From the NCBI GenBank assembly GCA_046045965.1, contig JBJOKS010000016.1, forward strand, positions 60,003-124,002: DNA of 64,000 bases, in the 5' to 3' direction. Each line of letters opens with the position of its first letter. Positions within the stretch are counted from its first letter, which is position 1. The stretch comes from Cyanobacteriota bacterium (GTDB taxonomy: Bacteria; Cyanobacteriota; Cyanobacteriia; Cyanobacteriales; Nostocaceae). The translations under genes were made by a program, and so were the position numbers. Positions 1-10,478 of the stretch are shown in pieces. The notes beneath the pieces are model-generated. The model saw only the letters and a list, made by a program, of their open reading frames with translations. It had not been told where the DNA came from and did no database searches.

Positions 1-2
1 AG

Positions 3-260
3 TCTCCTAAACAAACAGAAGAATTTAATAAAATCTGTCAAGATTATCAAATCATTTTTTTAGATGATTTAGCAATTGTAGAAAAAGCAGCAGAAATTCA
101 CGCAAATCTCAGGTTACGAGGTTTACCTATTCAAACGGAAGATATTTTAATTGCTGCAACTGCTATTGTTAAGGGTTTTACTGTGGTTTCTAATGATAGT
201 GATTTGTTGCGGGTTGAAGGTTTAAAGGTTGAGAATTGGTTAGATGATGAAAGTTGTTAA
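3..260 (+). CDS. PIN-domain (VapC-like) toxin, 3' part; 5' end outside window
   Basis: Manual translation ...AAEIHANLRLRGLPIQTEDILIAATAIVKGFTVVSNDSDLLRVEGLKVENW..., a typical VapC C-terminal half; stop TAA at 258-260. Confidence 0.8.
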   Translation, partial: SPKQTEEFNKICQDYQIIFLDDLAIVEKAAEIHANLRLRGLPIQTEDILIAATAIVKGFTVVSNDSDLLRVEGLKVENWLDDESC

Positions 261-720
261 AAACTATCAATTGATATAATTGCATTGTAATCTTCTAATA
301 ACAAGTTACATAAAAGCAGACAGGCTCACGTCTCCAAAATAAATAAAGGATTTAATTTCATATTCACACTAACAAAATCCAAGTGAACCCAATCTATCAA
401 GCTAGACAAATACGCGGAAAAATTTGATACTCTGATTAGGTTTATCGCTGCAAACATCGGATGAGAATACTTGACCGCCTATTGCAAAAACCTATGTATA
501 GCTGTACACAAGGCGGTATAGAACTTTTTTGACTATTTTTATGTAGATTTATTGTTACTTTAGAGTAAATTTACAGGAAATTTACAGGGAATTTACATAG
601 CTAATTTCTGGCAACTCTCCGTATAAACCTAGATTCATGAAAAAGATGCGCGATCACGCTCATATCTTGCACCTACCTAATAAACTCAGAAATAGCAGAC
701 ATAAATCACAAAATAATCAC

Positions 721-879
721 GGGAGCATCCCAAATGTGTAAATTTATTTTTATCTAGGTAAAAATACTTCAAGGCTTGATATGATTTAACCGCAAAGGTG
801 GCAAAGGACACAAAGATAAGAGATTTTGAGAGGTTTTTTAGTGTTGCTGCGTTCATTTTTTCAAAAATGGGATGCTCCC
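721..879. mobile_element. MITE-like element with 12-bp terminal inverted repeats
   Basis: GGGAGCATCCCA (721-732) and TGGGATGCTCCC (868-879); non-coding interior. Confidence 0.65.
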
Positions 880-925
880 CTAAATTAAGCTAAAATCAAA
901 TAAATAGTAAAATTCTCACAAGTAT

Positions 926-1387
926 ATGGTTACATCAACACAACCCAAAACTCAAACCCTATACGATCAAGATTATTACCTGTGGATAAAAACAACCATT
1001 AACCAACTTCGCACAGGACAATTTTCTGATGTTGATTTAGAGAACTTATTAGAAGAATTAGAAACTATGGGTAGAAGTCAGAAGCGAACAATTAAAAGTT
1101 TATTAATTAAGCTTCTTGTACATCTACTAAAACTCAAATATTGGGATAATGAAAGAGAAAGAAATCAAGGACATTGGAAAGGTGAAATTAGAACATTTAG
1201 AATCGAAATAAAAGATGAACTCAAAGATAGTCCTAGTTTAAAACCTTACATTTTAGAAATATTTGATGAATGTTATCAAGATGCTAGAAAAGAAGCATCA
1301 GATCGTTCTCAACTTCCCCTTGATACATTCCCTATTATCCCCATCGGTTCTTTAGAACAAATCCTAGATGAAAACTGGTTTCAGTGA
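926..1387 (+). CDS. DUF29 family protein
   Basis: LYDQDYYLW...DLENLLEELETMGRS...HLLKLKYW signature. Confidence 0.9.
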   Translation: MVTSTQPKTQTLYDQDYYLWIKTTINQLRTGQFSDVDLENLLEELETMGRSQKRTIKSLLIKLLVHLLKLKYWDNERERNQGHWKGEIRTFRIEIKDELKDSPSLKPYILEIFDECYQDARKEASDRSQLPLDTFPIIPIGSLEQILDENWFQ

Positions 1388-1585
1388 AGATGGTTAAAAT
1401 GAATGAGTTTTCAAAGATTCTCGAATTTTCTCCCCTGGTAATTACAAATTACTGGGGATTATTTTAAATTTATCCTTAATTATATCACTACAAATTAAAT
1501 TTTTTAATACTCGATAATGACAATATTCAAATTAATGAGTAATAATAAGCAATAGTCAAAAATCAAACCAGAAATTACAGCATCT

Positions 1586-2026
1586 ATGAAACGTCGTGAA
1601 TTTTTGAATTGGGTGGGTTTAGGTTTATTAGCAAGTTCTTTACCTATAGCGATCGCAGCTTGTACCACAGACACAACCACAACAGCATCTTCACCTTCTC
1701 AGGGTGCTGCTAAAGACTGGCAAAAAATCGGTACTGTAGCAGAATTAGACAAAACAGGGCAATTATTAGTACAAGATTCTCCAGTGGGTGCAGTATTGGT
1801 AGTTGGTACATCTCGATCTGCAAACAATTTAATTGCTGTTAACCCTACGTGTACTCACAAAGGTTGTACCGTTGCATGGAAAACAGATAAAAATCAATTT
1901 GTCTGTCCTTGTCATGATGCCAAATTTGCCCGTGATGGTAAAGTCCAGAAAAGTCCAGCCGAAAAACCGCTAAAAACCTACCTGACGAAGATTGAAAGTG
2001 GTTCTGTTTTTGTTAAAACTGCTTAA
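1586..2026 (+). CDS. petC: Small Rieske [2Fe-2S] protein (PetC paralogue), Tat-exported probable lipoprotein
   Basis: MKRREFL twin-Arg, IAAC lipobox, CTHKGC and CPCH Rieske boxes. Confidence 0.85.
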   Translation: MKRREFLNWVGLGLLASSLPIAIAACTTDTTTTASSPSQGAAKDWQKIGTVAELDKTGQLLVQDSPVGAVLVVGTSRSANNLIAVNPTCTHKGCTVAWKTDKNQFVCPCHDAKFARDGKVQKSPAEKPLKTYLTKIESGSVFVKTA

Positions 2027-2131
2027 TACATTCGATGCTTGGTAAAGAAAGTATCAAGATGGCTTTGCTCCTGACTCCTGACTCCTGACTCTTAAATTCT
2101 GCGCTTCTACTGCCAATAAATTCAAAGATTC

Positions 2132-2145
2132 GTATCCAAATGTAC
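2132..2145 (+). promoter_or_regulatory. NtcA-binding site upstream of ntcB
   Basis: GTA-TCCAAATG-TAC (GTA-N8-TAC) about 65 bp before the start; ntcB is a known NtcA target. Confidence 0.7.
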
Positions 2146-2208
2146 TAAACTGAGGAGATAAATTCATTTAGGGAATGAAAGCCTTAAATTTAATTCAGGC
2201 TACTTAAA

Positions 2209-3150
2209 ATGCGTCTAGAGCAGTTGCAAGCTTTTTTAGCGATCGCCCAAACTGGCAGTTTTCAACAAGCAGCAAAAAAATGTGGTGTCACCCAATCTAC
2301 AATTAGTAGGCAAATTCAAGCAATAGAAGCAGATTTAGGTATAGAACTGTTTCACAGAACCACCCACGCTAAACTCACATTGGGGGGTGAACGTTTGCTT
2401 CCCCGTGTGCGGAAAATTTGCCAAGAATGGGAATTTGCTACACAAGAATTAGCAGATTTAGTAGCAGGAAAACAACCAGAATTATGTATTGCGGCAATTC
2501 ATTCTATTTGTGCTTCTTACCTACCACAAATTTTACAAAAGTTTTGTCATGATTATCCAGAAGTACAATTAAGAGTAACATCATTAGGAAGCGATCGCTC
2601 TCTCAAAGTCCTAAAAGATGGACTTGTAGATTTAGCAATAGTCATGCACAATCGCTTTTTGATCACTGGTAAAGAAATGGTCGTACAAACATTATATGAT
2701 GAACCTATAGAAGTATTAACAGCAGTAAATCATCCCCTAGCCAAATTTGAATCTATACCCTGGAACGAATTAATCAAATATCCCCAAGTAGTATTTAAAG
2801 ATGGCTATGGAATGCAGCGTTTAATTCAAGATAGATTTGATAAACTAGGAGCAAAACTGCAAGCAGCTTTAGAAGTAAACACCTTAGATGCTTTTCGCGG
2901 AGTAGTCAGACAAGGAGAACTAATTGCTTTATTACCTCATTCAGCATTAATAGAAGCCAAATTTGATCCTAGTCTTGCAATTCGTCCTCTAGACAGTAAT
3001 AGTAATTTACCTGATAATTCGAGTTTAACTCGTCGCGTAGTCATGGTAACAACTCAAGACCGTCTCCAAATTCCTCCTATTCAACACTTTTGGCAGCTAG
3101 TAAGTGACAATATTCCTCCACAACTAGACCAAAAACTTTCAGCATCTTAA
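2209..3150 (+). CDS. ntcB: LysR-family nitrate-assimilation regulator NtcB
   Basis: LysR HTH (MRLEQLQAFLAIA...VTQSTISRQI); recognised as NtcB-like; NtcA box upstream and cnaT-like gene downstream. Confidence 0.8.
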   Translation: MRLEQLQAFLAIAQTGSFQQAAKKCGVTQSTISRQIQAIEADLGIELFHRTTHAKLTLGGERLLPRVRKICQEWEFATQELADLVAGKQPELCIAAIHSICASYLPQILQKFCHDYPEVQLRVTSLGSDRSLKVLKDGLVDLAIVMHNRFLITGKEMVVQTLYDEPIEVLTAVNHPLAKFESIPWNELIKYPQVVFKDGYGMQRLIQDRFDKLGAKLQAALEVNTLDAFRGVVRQGELIALLPHSALIEAKFDPSLAIRPLDSNSNLPDNSSLTRRVVMVTTQDRLQIPPIQHFWQLVSDNIPPQLDQKLSAS

Positions 3151-3153
3151 ATA

Positions 3154-3251
3154 GGGGACTGGGGACTGGGGACTGGTTAATAGTTAGTTTTTCCCAATGA
3201 CTAATGACTAATGACTAATAACTAATAACTAATAACTAATAACTAATGACT
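3154..3251. repeat. STRR heptamer arrays (GGGGACT)3 and (AATGACT/AATAACT)n
   Basis: Tandem 7-mers visible between ntcB and cnaT. Confidence 0.9.
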
Positions 3252-4298
3252 AATATATTTAGAGAATTTATCCAAAAAGTCGGTAGTGGTAGCCATACTT
3301 CCGAAAATTTAACCCGTGCGGAAGCTGCTACTGCTATGAAAATGATGTTATTAGCAGAAGCTACACCTGCACAAATAGGCGCTTTTTTAATTTCCCATCG
3401 GATCAAACGTCCCACAGGTGAAGAATTAGCAGGAATGTTAGATGCTTATTATGAAATTGGACCAAAATTACAACCAATTAATAATAATAACAACAATAAT
3501 AAAATTCCTATTGTTCTAGGAATACCCTATGATGGTAGAACTCGCACCGCACCAATTAATATTATTACAGCTTTATTATTAGCAACTGCGGGACAACCTG
3601 TAATTATGCACGGAGGAATTCGCTATCCCACTAAATATGGTTTACCGCTAATAGAAATTTGGCAAAATTTAGGAGTAAATTGGACTAATTTACCTCTAGA
3701 AAAAACCCAGGAAATATTTAATAAAACTCATCTCGGTTTTATTTACACACCGCATCATTTTCCCCTCACTAACATTCTTTGGGAATATCGAGAACAATTA
3801 GGAAAACGCCCACCATTAGCGACAATGGAATTAATTTGGTGTCCCTACGCTGGTGATGCTCATATTATCGCTGGTTTTGTCCATCCACCAACTGAAGCCA
3901 TGTTTCAAACAGCTTTAGAAATGCAAGGAGTGAAAAAATACACCTTTATTAAAGGTTTAGAAGGTAGTTGTGATTTACCACGCGATCGCACAGCGATTAT
4001 TGGCTTATCTTCATTAAATACACCAGAATTAGAACGGTTACACCTCGCACCCCGTGAATATGGCTTTACCCCCAAAAACGTCCCCCTTGCTACTACAGAA
4101 GAACTCATCAAAGATATGCAGTCTGTTTTAGTTGGAGACAAGAGCGAACTCATGCAAACAGCTTTATGGAATGGCGGTTTTTACCTATGGCATAGTGGTA
4201 TTTGTACAGATATCCCAGCTGGTATAGACCAAGCCAAAGAGTTATTTAGCAGTGGTGTAGTAGCTGCTAAACTACAGGAGGTAATTGGTAATTGCTAA
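3246..4298 (+). CDS. cnaT: Anthranilate phosphoribosyltransferase-like protein (glycosyl transferase family 3), CnaT-like
   Basis: ATPAQIGAFL...EELAGM TrpD-like N-terminus; directly follows ntcB, as in Anabaena. Confidence 0.7.
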   Translation: MTNIFREFIQKVGSGSHTSENLTRAEAATAMKMMLLAEATPAQIGAFLISHRIKRPTGEELAGMLDAYYEIGPKLQPINNNNNNNKIPIVLGIPYDGRTRTAPINIITALLLATAGQPVIMHGGIRYPTKYGLPLIEIWQNLGVNWTNLPLEKTQEIFNKTHLGFIYTPHHFPLTNILWEYREQLGKRPPLATMELIWCPYAGDAHIIAGFVHPPTEAMFQTALEMQGVKKYTFIKGLEGSCDLPRDRTAIIGLSSLNTPELERLHLAPREYGFTPKNVPLATTEELIKDMQSVLVGDKSELMQTALWNGGFYLWHSGICTDIPAGIDQAKELFSSGVVAAKLQEVIGNC

Positions 4299-4318
4299 TT
4301 GATAAAAATTATCAACTA

Positions 4319-5224
4319 TCAACTCTTCCCTACATACAAGACCATACCTTCACGAGCTAATAAAACATTAGGAAAAACAGACTTCACTTCGTCTTGAATT
4401 TTATCCAGAAAATCATCATCATCATCTGGGTGATGGTGAGATATCACCAATTTTTTCACATTAGCAGTTTGAGCTAATTCTACTGGAGTTTTCCAAAGTA
4501 ATTCCGCATATTCATGATTTTTATCAGTTGGTGGAGTATAGGTAGCATTAGTAACCAATAAATCAACATCTTGAATAATGGGTAAAATCTGGTTTTGCTC
4601 TTCTAAATCAAAACTCTTATGTAAATCTGTGGTATAGGCAACGCTATAGTTACCCCAAGTTATTCGGTAGCCTACGGATCTTTGATATTTATTAATTAAG
4701 GCTGTTGTAATTTTTACCTCATCTAATTCCACGACATTGCTAGGAGTCAAGTTATAAAACAGCAACTCTGACTGCATTACCTGTAAAGGGTAAGGAAAGT
4801 GAGGTTGCAGCATCTGATCGCAAAGGCATTGTTTGATTGATGCACCATTTATAGCAGCTGTACCATAAATATGAAAGCAATTGTCTGTAATAAATGCCGG
4901 GGCAAAAAAGGGAAATCCCTGGATACGATTTGATTGGGCGTTAGTAAAAAATAAATGGGCTTCCAGTGGCTCTTTTTGTTGTTGCCATGTTTTCCCCAAG
5001 ATGCGTAAGCCAGTACCTCCATCAAAAATCAAGCGTTGCCCTGCTACATATATTTCTACACAAGCAGTATTACTACCATACCGACAGGTATGACTATTGG
5101 GGGTGGGTATCAAACCACGCACACCCCAAAATTTAATCCAAAACTCCCCAGCAAGGTGATTGAGCGGAGGAGTTAATTCATCATTGACGTAGCTTTGGGA
5201 ATCAGAACGCTCAATATTTGACAT
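4319..5224 (-). CDS. MBL-fold hydrolase homologue with degenerate metal-binding motifs
   Basis: FWGVRG..YGSNTACVE..LIFDGGTG..IQGFPFF family motifs; HxHxDH replaced by NAQSNR. Confidence 0.8.
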   Translation of the reverse strand: MSNIERSDSQSYVNDELTPPLNHLAGEFWIKFWGVRGLIPTPNSHTCRYGSNTACVEIYVAGQRLIFDGGTGLRILGKTWQQQKEPLEAHLFFTNAQSNRIQGFPFFAPAFITDNCFHIYGTAAINGASIKQCLCDQMLQPHFPYPLQVMQSELLFYNLTPSNVVELDEVKITTALINKYQRSVGYRITWGNYSVAYTTDLHKSFDLEEQNQILPIIQDVDLLVTNATYTPPTDKNHEYAELLWKTPVELAQTANVKKLVISHHHPDDDDDFLDKIQDEVKSVFPNVLLAREGMVLYVGKS

Positions 5225-5235
5225 TTTCCTTGAGA

Positions 5236-5619
5236 TTAGAGCTTACTGAGCAGATCATCGTAGTTTCTTACTTCCAGCATCCGGTTTTTTTCGTCCACAA
5301 TGACAACCGTAGGAGAGTAATGTTTTAACTCCTCTAGTGTAAACTGCCCGTAAGTCATTATAATCAAGCGATCGCCTATAATGCCTAATCTTGCAGCCGC
5401 TCCGTTTAATTCAATGATTCCTGAGTTAGCTGGAGCCGGAATTGCATAAGTAATAAAACGCTGACCATTAGCACTATTCACTACTTGTACTTGCTCATAA
5501 GGTAAAATACCAGCTTTATCTAAAAGAAGTTGATCAATGCTAATACTACCCACGTAGTTAATATTTGCCCCCGTGAGGGTACAGTTATGAATTTTAGCCA
5601 AAAGGAGAGTGCGCTGCAT
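5236..5619 (-). CDS. panD: Aspartate 1-decarboxylase
   Basis: [11 protein letters not shown] (Gly-Ser cleavage site), NGAAAR. Confidence 0.95.
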   Translation of the reverse strand: MQRTLLLAKIHNCTLTGANINYVGSISIDQLLLDKAGILPYEQVQVVNSANGQRFITYAIPAPANSGIIELNGAAARLGIIGDRLIIMTYGQFTLEELKHYSPTVVIVDEKNRMLEVRNYDDLLSKL

Positions 5620-5770
5620 TTCGTTTTGGGTTGTTCCGCAACAACCGGGAGTAGTTTGAGTTTATTAAACAGGATGGTAATTGGTAATTGGGGAAGAGGT
5701 GATTGGTTTTTAGTCCCCATTACCCATTACCCATCACCAATTACTGATTTTACCCATTACCCATGATCTA

Positions 5771-6286
5771 TTATGATTGTTCGTAAGCCAAGATAGACTT
5801 TTCTACTAAGTGTTTGACCTTATCTACATCTTGCCAACCGAGAATTTCTGTTACCTTTTTCTCCAAATTTTTATAAGAACGGAAAAATTCGGCAATTTCC
5901 TCTAAACGGTGAGGATGTACGTCTTTCAAGGATTTTACATGGGCATAGCGAGGATCTTTGTCGGGAACACAAAGCATTTTTTCATCGCGATCGCCACCGT
6001 CAATCATTTCCAAAAAACCAATTGGTCTTGCAGCAATGACGCAACCAGGAAAGGTTGGTTCATCTATCATAACCATACCGTCCAGCGGATCGCCATCATC
6101 AGCTAAGGTGTTGGGTATAAAGCCATAATCATAAGGGTATTTTACCGACGAATAAAGCACCCGGTCTAGGGCAAAAGCGTTCAATTCCTTATCGAACTCA
6201 TATTTATTTTTACTCCCGCCTGGAATTTCAATCAGAACGTTAATCACACCCGGTTTAGGTTGGGCAGGAATAAGAGATAAATCCAC
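5771..6286 (-). CDS. ppa: Inorganic pyrophosphatase
   Basis: KYEFDK, YGFIP, DGDPLD family I motifs. Confidence 0.95.
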   Translation of the reverse strand: MDLSLIPAQPKPGVINVLIEIPGGSKNKYEFDKELNAFALDRVLYSSVKYPYDYGFIPNTLADDGDPLDGMVMIDEPTFPGCVIAARPIGFLEMIDGGDRDEKMLCVPDKDPRYAHVKSLKDVHPHRLEEIAEFFRSYKNLEKKVTEILGWQDVDKVKHLVEKSILAYEQS

Positions 6287-6396
6287 AACAACACTCCTTC
6301 GCTAACAGTTATTCTAGGTAGCACGCAGTTTGGCTCCCCGTGTAAGATTTTAGGACAATTTTGCATCTGTTCCCAAAGTCTTTATCCAGAAAACAC

Positions 6397-6429
6397 AGAT
6401 CCCCGACTTCTTAGAGAAATCAGGGATCT
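6397..6429. repeat. Palindromic dispersed repeat AGATCCCCGACTTCT...AGGGATCT
   Basis: Hairpin with the same arms as the element at 8171-8443. Confidence 0.7.
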
Positions 6430-6487
6430 TCTTATTCATGGTTAATTTAGAATTGCTGTAGCACAATTAAACTTAAGCCAGCAACAG

Positions 6488-6676
6488 TTACTTCTGGCTT
6501 CTGGTTAAGTGGTAAGTTAGGGTTTGCGGATTATTTTGAACATCAGGTGAAGAATAGTGGGAGATGATAAATACTGGTAGGATCAGGGTCACGAGTGCGA
6601 TCGCCGTTCCCACAATGTCTGCCAAACGTTGGGAATATGTATCGGGAGGGTTGGCAGACTGGCTATTTGAATTCAT
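6488..6676 (-). CDS. Small single-TM hypothetical protein
   Basis: ATG ORF with one hydrophobic helix (IVGTAIALVTLILPVFII) and a HIP1 site in frame. Confidence 0.6.
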   Translation of the reverse strand: MNSNSQSANPPDTYSQRLADIVGTAIALVTLILPVFIISHYSSPDVQNNPQTLTYHLTRSQK

Positions 6677-7119
6677 AAAAAATTCTGGTTTTTCCTATCA
6701 CTTGTAGTTCAACTCTCGTTGAGAGCTTCATTTCTATTTTAGCTATTTTTCTCAGATAAAGCCTGTAGCTTTCAAGAATCTTATCCTGTTTCAAAAAAAA
6801 CATAGCTGGTTTTGATACTTGGTATTTTTGTTACAGATGAAATATTAAACATTTGCATTTGCTTTTTCATGAAGTAATTAATTAATTTCTTGCCAAAAAT
6901 GCCTGGAAGTACATCAATGTCATGTGATTTTGTGATCATCGTCACAGAATGATTAATTAATTTGTGCATTTACAGCAATTTGGGATTTTGGATTTATTAA
7001 AATTTAGATAAAACTTAGATACAGTTCCAATTACAGACATTCCAGAAAATTAGAGTCAGGAGTCAGTGAACAGTCAACAATGAAGAATAGTAACTGACAA
7101 CTGACAACTGACAAATGAA

Positions 7120-8088
7120 TTACCTACTGTAAGCACTCATAGGTTCTTTGATGAAGCGGATGTAAAGATGCCTAAAAGTAGACTTGATCACACGTGGCAT
7201 CGCAAAATCAATTGGCATTAAATTATCAGGTAAACGCCAATCTTCTATTTGTAACAAATCAGGAGTTAAATTAGGAAATTCAATTTCATGTAATTCTGGA
7301 CAAATACCCAATTTTTGAGAAGTTGCTACAGTGGGAACTTGTAGAGGATCAACCTTGAGAATTTCTAAAACTGCCCGATCTAAAGCAAATACATTATTTG
7401 ATGCTGCTAAAACTCCCAAATCACGAGGTTCACCACCACTAGGACCATTACCTTCATGACCAATAATACCATCTAAAATGGTTAAAGTTGGATTAATTGC
7501 CCTGGCAGTTTCTACTAACATTTCCCCAAATCTGTTAGCATCTTTTCCTGCTTCCATGTGCCACCAGGCTTTCATTTTTCCAGGTACACAACCAAAGAGA
7601 TTTTTCACACCCAAAGTTACAGTTAATTGCATATGAGATTTAACTTTAGGTAAGTTAATAATCACATCTGCTTCCATTGCTTCTTTTGATAATAACAGAT
7701 GATTAAAATTGTCGTTCACGGTTTGGTAACGTTTACCGTGAAATTCCACAATAGGAATATTCAACTCTTCTAAAATTGGTAATAAACCATTTGCTATTGC
7801 TACACCTTTAGCACTACCAAAAGCGGGACTATCTCCCAAAAATGGTTTACCTCCCACTTCCATCACCATTTCGGCAACAGCGCGGACTAATTCGGGGCGT
7901 GTGGTACATTCTTTAGTAGGACGAGAACCTGTGAGTAAATTAGGTTTGAGAAGGACGCGGTTTCCTGGTTTAACAAAAGCTGCTATTCCCCCCAAAGGTT
8001 CTAATAGCGTGGTTAAGGATTCTCTTAAAGCCTCTTGTTCGTAAGATTTAGCCCGAATTAAACTAACGGCTGGTTTTGGTGTCTGCAT
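7120..8088 (-). CDS. DUF362 domain protein
   Basis: VLLKPN, NLPKVKSH, GVKNLFG, DGIIGHEGNGP motifs. Confidence 0.85.
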   Translation of the reverse strand: MQTPKPAVSLIRAKSYEQEALRESLTTLLEPLGGIAAFVKPGNRVLLKPNLLTGSRPTKECTTRPELVRAVAEMVMEVGGKPFLGDSPAFGSAKGVAIANGLLPILEELNIPIVEFHGKRYQTVNDNFNHLLLSKEAMEADVIINLPKVKSHMQLTVTLGVKNLFGCVPGKMKAWWHMEAGKDANRFGEMLVETARAINPTLTILDGIIGHEGNGPSGGEPRDLGVLAASNNVFALDRAVLEILKVDPLQVPTVATSQKLGICPELHEIEFPNLTPDLLQIEDWRLPDNLMPIDFAMPRVIKSTFRHLYIRFIKEPMSAYSR

Positions 8089-8170
8089 AGTTCATTAATA
8101 ATTGCGTTATTATATCACAATATAGACTATTTTTAGCTAAAATGTCAGCATTAGGAGATTTAGAGATTTT

Positions 8171-8443
8171 AGATCCCCGACTTCTGACAACAAGTGATAA
8201 TTTCTCGACACAATAAATAGGGTTTGCTGATAAAGTCTTTTCGTTGAGGTCTAGGAGTCAGGAGTCAGGAGGAGATTTGAAAACTTCTTTTCCATCTCTC
8301 GAACTCTACAAAAGTGCAAGGTTTTTGAGTCATAAGACGCTATATCGAAAGCACCTACTTTCCTGTTTATCAGCCTCGAACCTTTGATTTATCTGGGTTT
8401 TGCATTTTTTCAGCAAGCCCTAAATAAAAGAAGTCGGGGATCT
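8171..8443. mobile_element. Nested MITEs: inner element 8220-8420 inside an outer palindromic repeat
   Basis: Outer IR AGATCCCCGACTTCT (8171-8185 / 8429-8443); inner IR GGGTTTGCTGA / TCAGCAAGCCC flanked by direct TAAATA. Confidence 0.7.
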
Positions 8444-8485
8444 ATCTGAGTGTCAAGACTACTATTTTTTTTGAGGTGACGAGAT

Positions 8486-8944
8486 TTATATAGGATACCA
8501 TTTAATATCAAGTAATTGGGAAAGAGTGTAAGGACATTCTGAAGGAAAATTCACAGAATTTTGAGTTTTTATTTTCACAAAACCTAAAGCATCCTGATAA
8601 ATAGAATCCAATTCTGATTCTAAATAATTACGCAAATTTGTATTCAGTCTGCGGTTTAATTGAGTTCTAAAAGTATAAATTTCACCTTGCCAGTGAATCG
8701 CATTATTTTCTTGTTCACTTGTCCAATATTGAAGTAGTAATAAATGACGAATAATTTGCTCTAACAGACTAGCTACAGCACTTTTATCTCTTCTTCCTAA
8801 CTCCTCTAACTCCTCAATTAAATTCTCCAAATCTAAATCTTGAAATTGCTGATTTTTTAATAACTTTATAGTTTCTTCCAACCATTGAGAATCGTCAACT
8901 TCATAGAGTTGTTTTAAATCATGAATAGTTTTCATAACTTCCAC
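8486..8944 (-). CDS. DUF29 family protein
   Basis: LYEVDDSQW...DLENLIEELEELGR...HLLLLQYW. Confidence 0.9.
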   Translation of the reverse strand: MEVMKTIHDLKQLYEVDDSQWLEETIKLLKNQQFQDLDLENLIEELEELGRRDKSAVASLLEQIIRHLLLLQYWTSEQENNAIHWQGEIYTFRTQLNRRLNTNLRNYLESELDSIYQDALGFVKIKTQNSVNFPSECPYTLSQLLDIKWYPI

Positions 8945-9044
8945 CTCAAACGAGCATTATCATTATATCATGCTTCTTTATTTCTCTGCGTTCTCTGCGC
9001 CTGGAGCGGTTCGTTTCTTATTAAAGAAATACAGTTAACTTTCC

Positions 9045-9070
9045 AGGGGTTAGCAATGCTAAACCCCTAC
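9045..9070. repeat. REP-like hairpin (GTAG-GGGTTTAGCA...TGCTAAACCC family)
   Basis: Palindrome just after the aspA stop; second copy at 19806-19831. Confidence 0.65.
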
Positions 9071-9074
9071 AAAA

Positions 9075-10478
9075 TTAGAGAGGAACAATAGAACTCATTT
9101 GTTCCAAATCTAAAACATTAGCTAATTCTTCCTCAGTCATTAAACCCTTGTCTAAAACAATTTGACGGAGAGACTTTCCAGTTTCCAAAGACTCCTTAGC
9201 GACAGCAGCAGCATTAAGATAACCGATGTGAGTATTTAAAGCAGTAACTAAAGCCAAACTACCCTCAGCATAACCCAAACATCTTTCTTTGTTAGCAGTA
9301 ATTCCTTGAATACAATTGTTAGTTAAAGCCGCAATTGTATTACCTAAAATTTCGATGCTGTGAATTAAATTATAGGCAATTAAAGGCATCATCACATTTA
9401 ATTCTAACTGTCCGGCTTGTGCTGCTAGGGCGATTGCCTGATCATAACCCATCACCTGAAAACATACCATTGATGTCATCTCTGCCATTACGGGATTATA
9501 CTTACCTGGCATAATAGAAGAACCAGGTTGTACTGGGGGTAGTTGAATTTCCTTAAACCCGGTTTTGGGTCCAGAGTCCATCAAACGCAGGTCATGGGAG
9601 ATTTTAACTAGATCCTGTGCTAAATTTCGCACCGCCCCGGAAACATTCACAAACGCACCCATACTTTGCATCGCGGCCATTAAATGGGGTGCTGGTTCTA
9701 AAGGCATTTCTAACAACTGAGAAAGCACCTCTAGCACTCGTTTCCGATATTCAGGATGGGTATTCATTCCTGTACCGGCTGCACTTCCCCCCAAACCCAG
9801 AACCATCAAATCACCGGAAGCGGTGTATAATCGGTTTTGATGTTCGCTGAGAATTTGCGCCCAAGCGCGGAAGTTTTCACCCAACCGCACGGGTACTGCA
9901 TCCTGTAAATGAGTTCTTCCAGATTTAACGATATCTTGAAATTCTACCGCTTTGGCTTCTAGAGCAGAAATGGCATTGTCTAAAGCTGGGTGTAGAGTTT
10001 GGGAAAGTGCTAATAAACCACCGATGCGGATAGCGGTAGGAATAATATCGTTGGTAGACTGTCCATAATTTACATGATCGTTAGGACTAACCCGCTTATA
10101 ATTTCCTTTTTCATCTCCCAAAATTTCTAAAGCCCGGTTTGCGAGAACTTCATTAATGTTCATGTGGTGAGATGTTCCCGCACCAGCTTGGTAAACATCA
10201 ACAACGAACTGATCACGGAGTTTACCTGCTAAAATTTCATCAACTGCTTGAATGATAGCTTTGCTGATATCTGCGGGAATACAATTTAGTTCACCGTTAA
10301 CGATAGCGGTAGCTTTTTTGATATATAAACCAGCGTTAATGTAAGTGGGTAGAGGTTTTAACCCACTGATGGGGAAATTTTCCACAGCGCGTTGAGTTTG
10401 AATACCATAATAGACGTTATTGGGGATTTGGCGATCGCCCATTGAGTCCCGTTCAATGCGAAAATCTGTATTAGTCAT
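9075..10478 (-). CDS. aspA: Aspartate ammonia-lyase (class II fumarase/aspartase family)
   Basis: RIERDSMG, GRTHLQDA, GSSIMPGKYNP; start moved to ATG 10478 (MTNTDFR). Confidence 0.85.
   Translation of the reverse strand: MTNTDFRIERDSMGDRQIPNNVYYGIQTQRAVENFPISGLKPLPTYINAGLYIKKATAIVNGELNCIPADISKAIIQAVDEILAGKLRDQFVVDVYQAGAGTSHHMNINEVLANRALEILGDEKGNYKRVSPNDHVNYGQSTNDIIPTAIRIGGLLALSQTLHPALDNAISALEAKAVEFQDIVKSGRTHLQDAVPVRLGENFRAWAQILSEHQNRLYTASGDLMVLGLGGSAAGTGMNTHPEYRKRVLEVLSQLLEMPLEPAPHLMAAMQSMGAFVNVSGAVRNLAQDLVKISHDLRLMDSGPKTGFKEIQLPPVQPGSSIMPGKYNPVMAEMTSMVCFQVMGYDQAIALAAQAGQLELNVMMPLIAYNLIHSIEILGNTIAALTNNCIQGITANKERCLGYAEGSLALVTALNTHIGYLNAAAVAKESLETGKSLRQIVLDKGLMTEEELANVLDLEQMSSIVPL

Noticed and set aside
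3480..3500. Poly-Asn run in the CnaT-like protein as a phase-variation tract
   Set aside because: Mixed AAT/AAC triplets that keep the frame; likely a neutral loop expansion.
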